Below are positions 58,108 to 64,000 of a stretch of DNA of 64,000 bases, piece after piece. A program made the position numbers and the translations under genes. Under the pieces are notes generated by a model that saw only the letters and a program-made list of their open reading frames with translations, had not been told where the DNA came from and did no database searches. The stretch lies in NCBI GenBank assembly GCA_964510885.1, contig CAZEDL010000005.1, forward strand, positions 16,053-80,052, given 5' to 3'. Every line of letters begins with the position of its first letter. Position 1 is the stretch's first letter. The DNA is from an uncultured Gammaproteobacteria bacterium (GTDB lineage: Bacteria > Patescibacteriota > Patescibacteriia > Magasanikbacterales > GWA2-37-8).

Positions 58108-58209
58108 ATATGAATAATTAATTAAAATGGTATCTAACTAAAAATACATGGTGGAACCGGTACAGAGCACCTGCCCTGTCCGGTTCCTGCGACGCGCTCA
58201 GCCGATCGG

Positions 58210-58398
58210 CTAGCCGGTCGCTTGATCTGGCACTACCGTCGGGTGACTCTCCGGTGCCGGGACCTTCTCCCACTGCCCTCGCTCGCCCATCTCCGGACGA
58301 TCGGGGCCACCGGCAACCACATAGGTGATATCGGCAGCAGCGTCTTTTTCAACTTCATCTGGCTGGCCATGGCGGCCAACAGCACTATCATGACTCAT
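58210..58398 (-). CDS. small acidic disordered protein (62 aa), GC-rich cassette
   Basis: SD aaggag 7 nt upstream of ATG 58398, with the hairpin gaaccgg...ccggttc downstream. It is inserted between the NTP-transferase gene and glmS. Confidence 0.4.
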   Translation of the reverse strand: MSHDSAVGRHGQPDEVEKDAAADITYVVAGGPDRPEMGERGQWEKVPAPESHPTVVPDQATG

Positions 58399-58496
58399 GA
58401 CTACACTCCTTCTTCGAGCGCCACACCGTGACCATCACGGCTTGACGCATCTGCCAAAAAAATCAACTAGTTAATTTCTTAGGCAGAATAAAAATA

Positions 58497-59258
58497 TTAA
58501 GTCTGCCGCTTTCGCCGATCAGCTTCGGCCAATTCTTCGGGAGTATTGACCCCAAACCATTCAGCAGCATTAGCGAGCGGCAGAGCGAGCACCGATCCAC
58601 CAGCAGCGATCGCGAGTTCAATCACCTGATTAAGTCCGTATTCTCCAAGTCCGGTAATTGCCGGCATCGTAGGAAAAATTGATTCAAACCACTTCCGATC
58701 AATACAATAGGTGCCGGTATTTATCTCTTTAATTATACTAAGCTCCTCGGCTGTTAGCTGTTCTTTTTCTTTGAGCGCCACACACCTACCATCCGGTGTA
58801 CGAATCACTCGCCCGACCAGCGGCGGAGTATGAAACACCGCCGTTAATACCGACACGAGCGGTTGGCGTGCCTGATGCGCTGCCACAAAATTAATGAGCG
58901 ATTCCGGGGAATAAAAAGCACTATCATCCCCGCCCATCACCAGCACCTGCGTCACTTCCGGCGGCAACTGCTTCATCCCCACATACGCCGCATGCGCCGT
59001 ACCAAGCTGCTCTGTCTGCACCGCGTAAGATACCGTGGTAGAAAAATACTCTTCGATCACGTGGCGCGCAAAACCAACGACCAAACATAAGCGCTGGCTG
59101 GAAAAACCAGCCTGGTGCAAGGTATCAACGGTATAACTAACCAGTGGTTTACCGTGAACAAGCGACATCACTTTAGGAATCGTAGTGGCACCAAGGCGGG
59201 TACCTTTGCCAGCGGCCAAGACCACTGCTCCGACGGTTTTAGGAATGGGTTCTGACAT
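58497..59258 (-). CDS. sugar-1-phosphate nucleotidyltransferase (GlmU N-terminal-domain-like)
   Basis: ...AVVLAAGKGTRLG...PKVM...VQTEQLGTAHAAYVG... aligns with GlmU ...ILAAGKGTRM...PKVL...LQAEQLGTGHAM. There is no acetyltransferase domain. The start was chosen at MSEPIP. Confidence 0.75.
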   Translation of the reverse strand: MSEPIPKTVGAVVLAAGKGTRLGATTIPKVMSLVHGKPLVSYTVDTLHQAGFSSQRLCLVVGFARHVIEEYFSTTVSYAVQTEQLGTAHAAYVGMKQLPPEVTQVLVMGGDDSAFYSPESLINFVAAHQARQPLVSVLTAVFHTPPLVGRVIRTPDGRCVALKEKEQLTAEELSIIKEINTGTYCIDRKWFESIFPTMPAITGLGEYGLNQVIELAIAAGGSVLALPLANAAEWFGVNTPEELAEADRRKRQT

Positions 59259-59874
59259 ACGTAGTAATATCATGTAACGTGGGGAAAAAAGGAATGCCGG
59301 TCGCTTCATACTCAGCGGCAGTGAATCGGGGCGAGATTTTAGCCACCGTTTTTAAGCGTGGAAAAGCCTTGGCAATTTGGGCTGTTTCATCTGGTTTGTC
59401 ATTAATAAACCATACCTTTTTCGCCGGACTGATATGAATCAATAATTCTGCAACAGCCTTTTGCTTCTCATCTTCTACAAAAAATAACCTTTCAAAATAA
59501 TGGCTGATACCTACCGCTTTTACTTTCAATTCCTGAGTAGCCGGATCGCCACGACTAAGCAAAATAAGCGGCTGCTGGTATGTTTTTAAATCTGCCAAAA
59601 AATCATGCGCCTCAGGATCTAAAAAATCTTTGGCGGAGGCTGTCTTTTCCTGGAGCGCACAAACAATTTTGCCATCAGTGTAGCCACGTCGGGCCAGCAT
59701 AGCCGCATGACGCTCATCTGAATATGCAAACAAACCGCTGGCATCGGCGCGTGCTTCTTGGTAAGTCTCCCAAAAATCAGCCTCAGCCACACCGCACCCT
59801 CGGAGCGCTTGCATGCGTGCCTGCTTGTACTTTTCAGTTTCAAATAAGGTATCGTCGAAATCGACAATGAACAT
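59239..59874 (-). CDS. HAD-like hydrolase
   Basis: MFIVDFDDTLFETEKY... (the DxD motif). Confidence 0.65.
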   Translation of the reverse strand: MFIVDFDDTLFETEKYKQARMQALRGCGVAEADFWETYQEARADASGLFAYSDERHAAMLARRGYTDGKIVCALQEKTASAKDFLDPEAHDFLADLKTYQQPLILLSRGDPATQELKVKAVGISHYFERLFFVEDEKQKAVAELLIHISPAKKVWFINDKPDETAQIAKAFPRLKTVAKISPRFTAAEYEATGIPFFPTLHDITTYVRTHS

Positions 59875-59879
59875 AACGT

Positions 59880-59990
59880 GAGAATTTCTAAGTCCTAATT
59901 TCTAATTCCTAATAAAATCTTAAATGTCTAATTTAAAATTATTAAATTGGACATTATATTAGACATTAGAAATTAGGTGAATTAGGAATT
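59880..59990. repeat. AT-rich palindromic element (aatttctaattcctaat / attaggaatttct arms and inner aatgtctaat / attagacatt arms)
   Basis: Seen directly. Same general class as the ggaatttgg/tcgaaat repeats. Confidence 0.45.
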
Positions 59991-59991
59991 T

Positions 59992-60732
59992 CTACTCTAA
60001 TTTATTCCATAACTCCTCGAAAATCTGCTTCTGCGTTTCGTACACCCCTTCATTCTCAATCACCACCCCCACTAATTCTCCTCCCGCATTGAGGGAAATA
60101 TACGCCGTCTTACCCGGATAGATAATAATATACGTCGGCGTCGATTCTTTAGTTGTCTTCAACCATTTCCGCTCATCAAGGCCGCGCAATTCTCCTCCTT
60201 CACCAATCGCAATCGCTTTCACTGCGACCCCTTTGGCAACTCGCACGTCGCTAAACGTTTCAAAGCCGGTATATACATTTTCCCGGATCGGAGCCGTCGA
60301 ATAAATTCGGTACTGAAGCTCTTGTCTCTCCTCGCAGACCTTCAGTACATCTTCCAAAATTAAATGGATTTTGTCATGTTCGTAATAGCGGGAAATCGGG
60401 CGTTCGCCGCCTTTGTCATAGACCGCTTTAAATTCTGGAATAACATCGGCCAAGCGTTTACCGATCTCTTTCAATTCCACACTCTGTTTCTCGACCAGAA
60501 CCTGCAATCGCTCCGGATCTTCGGCTACAAAATACTGTTTGGCATCTTTTTCATAAAAATCTACCAGCCCTTGTTCCTGAAGCCATTTTAATCCCTCATA
60601 TACAGTCCCTCGATTTAAATCGGCCTGCTCAGCTAATTTGCGTACCGACGACGGCCCCAGGCGCAGCAAAGCCAAGTAAATGACTGCAAATTTGTCAGAA
60701 AAACCTATTTTTTTTAATAAATCAATTTGCAT
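59992..60732 (-). CDS. TrmB-family transcriptional regulator
   Basis: N-terminal winged HTH (...LGPSSVRKLAEQADLNRGTVYEGLKWLQEQGLV...) and a TrmB C-terminal domain. Confidence 0.75.
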   Translation of the reverse strand: MQIDLLKKIGFSDKFAVIYLALLRLGPSSVRKLAEQADLNRGTVYEGLKWLQEQGLVDFYEKDAKQYFVAEDPERLQVLVEKQSVELKEIGKRLADVIPEFKAVYDKGGERPISRYYEHDKIHLILEDVLKVCEERQELQYRIYSTAPIRENVYTGFETFSDVRVAKGVAVKAIAIGEGGELRGLDERKWLKTTKESTPTYIIIYPGKTAYISLNAGGELVGVVIENEGVYETQKQIFEELWNKLE

Positions 60733-60878
60733 AATTTTAGCTTATTTTAGATAATATCATGCCAAAAATTACTGTCAATTTTTTTATAACAGTTATTGTG
60801 GATAACCTTTCTAAATCGCTAACGTTAGCCGAAATACAAGAGCCAGTCCGGGTGACTGGCTCGTTTCCTCCTTTGGGG

Positions 60879-61964
60879 TCATCGTAGACCCCACTGTGTT
60901 AGTTGTTGTTCGCATTCTGCGGCCGAGGGTATCCCGGCCCACGGCCCTTGAGCACGCTGCAGCTTCTCCGCTGCTACCCAGGCAGCCAGGCGAAGCGCCT
61001 CAGCTGGCGTGAGTAGCCCATGTGGGTTCAGCCACAAGGCATAGATGAGCGCCGAGAAGAAGCAATCCCCTGCGCCCGAGGTGCCTTGAAGCACCGAAGG
61101 GAAGGCTGCCTGCACCAGTGGGTCGTGGCCCTGCTGCTGCAGGACCGCGCCTTCGGCACCGCAGGTAACTACAGTGATATCTGCGCCGAGCGCCGACAGC
61201 TCTGGCATCAAATCGATGCTGAACGGTCGACCTAGGAGCAATGCCGCCTCGTGCTCATTCACCTGGAGCAGGTGACTCTGGCGAATGAGGAGCAAAAGTT
61301 GCCGCCGCAACGTTGCAGCAGTCAACAGTTCCACATGCGGCACAAAGGCAAAGCGCCGCCCCACTCGGCGTACCACCAAGTGAGTGATGAGTGGCAGGTC
61401 GAGCAGCTTAACGCTAGTGGCGGCAAGAACCAAAGGTTTCGCGCGTGCGAGCTGGCGGAAGACGGAACGAGGGGCAGTGAATGGCGGCTTTTCGCACAGA
61501 AGCGTGCTGCCCCCATACTCATCCCTAACGTTCAGTGTCACTGCCGTGCGCTCCGCCTCAAAGAACAAATGGCGCACTGTTTGGCGCTGCGTAGCCGCAC
61601 GCAATGATTCGCCGTGGCTACCGGTACCACAGGGAGCAAACATGCCAACAGATGAGTAACCGAGACTTTTAAGTGCCAGGGCTACATTCAACGAGCTGCC
61701 GGCAGGCAACTGACTGACCTGGGAAGTGGTTGCGAGCTCGACCACGTTACCAGAGGCTGAAGTGATGATAAACACCACCTCTCCGACCCGGTCAGAGAGC
61801 ACCGTGATTTTCTGCACTACATTCTTAGTGCCCGGTGCGATACCAAGGCGACTGAACACAGCTTGCGACAACGCGCCCGGGATATCGGTAATAATCTCGA
61901 GGTTGGCCGACTGGCCAACCATGACAGCAGACGTAAGAACATCTGACATTTCATGTTTGGCCAT
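60879..61964 (-). CDS. PfkB-family carbohydrate kinase, GC-rich
   Basis: ...GAGDCFFSAL... (the pfkB GAGD motif). SD tggaggt. The start was chosen at MAKHEM. Confidence 0.8.
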   Translation of the reverse strand: MAKHEMSDVLTSAVMVGQSANLEIITDIPGALSQAVFSRLGIAPGTKNVVQKITVLSDRVGEVVFIITSASGNVVELATTSQVSQLPAGSSLNVALALKSLGYSSVGMFAPCGTGSHGESLRAATQRQTVRHLFFEAERTAVTLNVRDEYGGSTLLCEKPPFTAPRSVFRQLARAKPLVLAATSVKLLDLPLITHLVVRRVGRRFAFVPHVELLTAATLRRQLLLLIRQSHLLQVNEHEAALLLGRPFSIDLMPELSALGADITVVTCGAEGAVLQQQGHDPLVQAAFPSVLQGTSGAGDCFFSALIYALWLNPHGLLTPAEALRLAAWVAAEKLQRAQGPWAGIPSAAECEQQLTQWGLR

Positions 61965-62170
61965 AGGTTTTACCTCCACTTTTTAAGACGAACCCATCTC
62001 AAAAAGACAAGGTAAAGAGCCCCGTACTATAGCAATTTTTTGATCGAAGTCAAGATAAAAGCCGCCTAAACGAGGCAGCTTTTATTAATTGAATTCGCGT
62101 CTGGCGACACGATCTGTGTCTTAATTCACCAAAACAAATCAGACTTTCTATGCCTCACCCAAGAGTAAAT

Positions 62171-62404
62171 CTAATTGCCTGCCTCCCGCTTCATCGCAAG
62201 CATCTGAATTTTTTTGCATGCGGGACAAGCTACTAATCGTTTTGGATTCCCGATAGCCCGATGCCGGATACCGCCACTTTCCCACAAATTAATTTTGTTC
62301 CCACAAGCACACTGAAAATACCACTGCCGCGACGTTGCTTCCAAATTTTGAAAAGTACTAGATGGTAAAAGAGCCTTAAAAAACTTTTGCGTAAGACTAG
62401 CCAT
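62171..62404 (-). CDS. small zinc-ribbon-like protein (CAC...CPAC)
   Basis: 77 aa ORF with no SD. Confidence 0.4.
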   Translation of the reverse strand: MASLTQKFFKALLPSSTFQNLEATSRQWYFQCACGNKINLWESGGIRHRAIGNPKRLVACPACKKIQMLAMKREAGN

Positions 62405-62434
62405 ATTAGATAAAAATTAAAATGATTTATAATA

Positions 62435-63511
62435 CTAAGCTACCCCGACTTCAGAACACAGATACACATCCTGCACCGCATTTAAAATTTTAACACCTTC
62501 AGCGAGAGGTTTCTGAAATGACTTTCGGCCAAGAATTAATCCCATACCTCCGGCTCGCTTGTTCACGACTGCCGTGTACACCGCTGCTTTCAAATCATCT
62601 TCCCCGCTTTCTCCACCCGAATTAATCAGCCCAACTCGCCCCATAAACCCATTCGCCACCTGATACCGGCACAAATCAATCGGGTGTTCACTACTCAATT
62701 CGCTATACATACGCTCATCAAATTTACCAAATTTTTTATCTCCGCGATTCAAGGCTTTGTAACCACCATTTTTAAGCGGCAATTTTTGTTTCACAATATC
62801 GGCGCCGAGCGTGGCCCCAAGATGATTAGCTTGGCCGGTCAAATCAGCGGCATCATGGTAATCAATGCCTTCCACCTTAAAAGCATTATTACGTAAATAA
62901 CACCACAGCACGGTAAACATTCCTTTCTGATGCGCTTCGGCAAATGCTGCACTCACCTCTTGAATCTGTCGTTTTGATTCTGACGAGCCAAAATAAATCG
63001 TGGCCCCGATTCCAGCCGCGCCCATATCAGCGGCCTGTTGCACACTGCCGAACATAATTTGATCATAATCGTTCGGATAACGGAGCCAATCGTTATGATT
63101 TAATTTCACGATAAACGGAATCTTATCCGCGTATTTCTTGCTCACCATCGAGAGTGCCCCCAGCGTCGACGCTACGGCGTTACAACCGCCCTCGACTGCC
63201 AATTTTACAATATGTTCCGGGTCAAAATAATCCGGATTCTTGGCAAAGCTGGCCCCCGCTGAATGCTCGATCCCCTGATCGACAGGCAGAATAGACGTGT
63301 ACCCTGTGCCAGCCAGGCGACCCGTGTCGCGCAGCCGCTTTAAATTATTAAGCACAGGTGCTGGGCGATCCGAAACACCAAACACTTCATCAATAAATGT
63401 TGGCCGGGGCAGGTGCAGACGATCTTTAGAAATCTTAGGGACACTGAAAGTAAGCAGCTCTTCTCCAGAAGGCCCTAAAATTGTTTGAATCGTAGAGTAA
63501 AATTCTGACAT
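62435..63511 (-). CDS. fbaB: class I fructose-bisphosphate aldolase, DhnA/FbaB type
   Basis: ...[39 protein letters not shown]...[10 protein letters not shown]...[22 protein letters not shown]...GLINSGG...[14 protein letters not shown]... is near-identical in blocks to E. coli FbaB. Confidence 0.9.
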   Translation of the reverse strand: MSEFYSTIQTILGPSGEELLTFSVPKISKDRLHLPRPTFIDEVFGVSDRPAPVLNNLKRLRDTGRLAGTGYTSILPVDQGIEHSAGASFAKNPDYFDPEHIVKLAVEGGCNAVASTLGALSMVSKKYADKIPFIVKLNHNDWLRYPNDYDQIMFGSVQQAADMGAAGIGATIYFGSSESKRQIQEVSAAFAEAHQKGMFTVLWCYLRNNAFKVEGIDYHDAADLTGQANHLGATLGADIVKQKLPLKNGGYKALNRGDKKFGKFDERMYSELSSEHPIDLCRYQVANGFMGRVGLINSGGESGEDDLKAAVYTAVVNKRAGGMGLILGRKSFQKPLAEGVKILNAVQDVYLCSEVGVA

Positions 63512-63523
63512 AAATCGTATAAA

Positions 63524-64000
63524 TTATTTTAAACGATGCCTCGTTTCTAAAAATCGCACTGTCCCACTCTTCACTCGCATGACCACTGAATACGTCACTC
63601 CATAGCCATCAGCATACCGTACTCCGCGCAGCAGCGGCCCATCGATCACGCCGGTAGCGGTAAACGTAAGATCGTCGCCCTTGGCTAAATCATCAAGCGT
63701 TAAAATCCTAGAAATATCACTAATGCCCATCCGCTGCAGCACTGCTCGCTGTTGATCATCTTTGGGCGCCAATCGTGATTGAAAACCACCGCCCAAGCAT
63801 TTAATCGCTACAGCTGCCAACACCGCTTCCGCACTAGCACCAGTGCCAAGCAGTAAATCTATGCCCGAATCCGGCAGTGACGGTACGATCGCACCTGCCA
63901 CATCCCCATCCGAAATCAAACGCACCCGGGCGCCCACCGCACGCACTTTGGCCTTCAACTCTTCATGGCGTGGCCGATCCAGCATCACCACTACCAGCTG
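63524..64000 (-). CDS. glpX: class II fructose-1,6-bisphosphatase GlpX, C-terminal part (continues beyond window end)
   Basis: ...VVVMLDRPRHEELKAKVRAVGARVRLISDGDVAGAI... Confidence 0.85.
   Translation of the reverse strand, partial: QLVVVMLDRPRHEELKAKVRAVGARVRLISDGDVAGAIVPSLPDSGIDLLLGTGASAEAVLAAVAIKCLGGGFQSRLAPKDDQQRAVLQRMGISDISRILTLDDLAKGDDLTFTATGVIDGPLLRGVRYADGYGVTYSVVMRVKSGTVRFLETRHRLK

Noticed and set aside
58108-58209. glmS ribozyme upstream of glmS
   Set aside because: The leader is only about 100 nt and lacks the conserved glmS ribozyme core. The hairpin present is a simple stem-loop.

Overview
This 64 kb window comes from a moderate-GC (about 45-50%) bacterial chromosome with a small-genome, Gram-positive or Patescibacteria-like character. 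Identifiable genes include uvrB (partial), a SEDS FtsW/RodA, RNase P RNA, a polysaccharide locus (initiating sugar transferase, three GT4 glycosyltransferases, a DUF4012-like protein with a CCHC zinc knuckle, a DUF11-repeat surface protein), miaA, thrS, a type IV pilus ATPase PilB, ftsH, rpsA, gyrA, rpmF, nusB, rnc, a FemAB-family transferase, a PHP/EndoQ-like nuclease, RluA, an rRNA methyltransferase, a SemiSWEET, glmS, a GlmU-N-like nucleotidyltransferase, TrmB, PfkB, class I FbaB and GlpX (partial), plus three tRNAs. Features beyond this routine content: (1) An NRAMP-family transporter with NRMT-type substitutions in the canonical metal-site motifs sits next to a soluble PRC/MgtE_N/CBS protein that resembles the Mg-sensing cytoplasmic part of MgtE. 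(2) A split ATP-citrate-lyase-type set is present: an AclB/CcsA-like ATP-grasp subunit, a SucD-like CoA-binding subunit and a separate citryl-CoA-lyase-like citrate-synthase-fold protein. (3) An orphan SAM-I (S-box) riboswitch with an intrinsic terminator lies inside that operon, reading antisense toward the SucD-like gene. (4) About a dozen conspicuously GC-rich (about 60%+) cassettes, each with a strong Shine-Dalgarno and a perfect GC-rich hairpin terminator, encode small secreted or disordered peptides, a Cys-rich repeat lipoprotein, and a Zn-ribbon/TDO-superfamily heme-dioxygenase-like/aldo-keto-reductase operon beside a TrpR/YerC-type repressor and tRNA-Arg. These look like horizontally acquired islands from a high-GC donor. 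(5) Several short palindromic repeat families are present, one of which is inserted in frame inside the FemAB-like and PHP genes, resembling Rickettsia palindromic elements. (6) Long perfect hairpins with a shared CACGTA core sit in the 5' leaders of rnc (sequestering its start codon) and of an MBL-fold gene. No CRISPR array, restriction-modification system, transposase or phage genes were seen.
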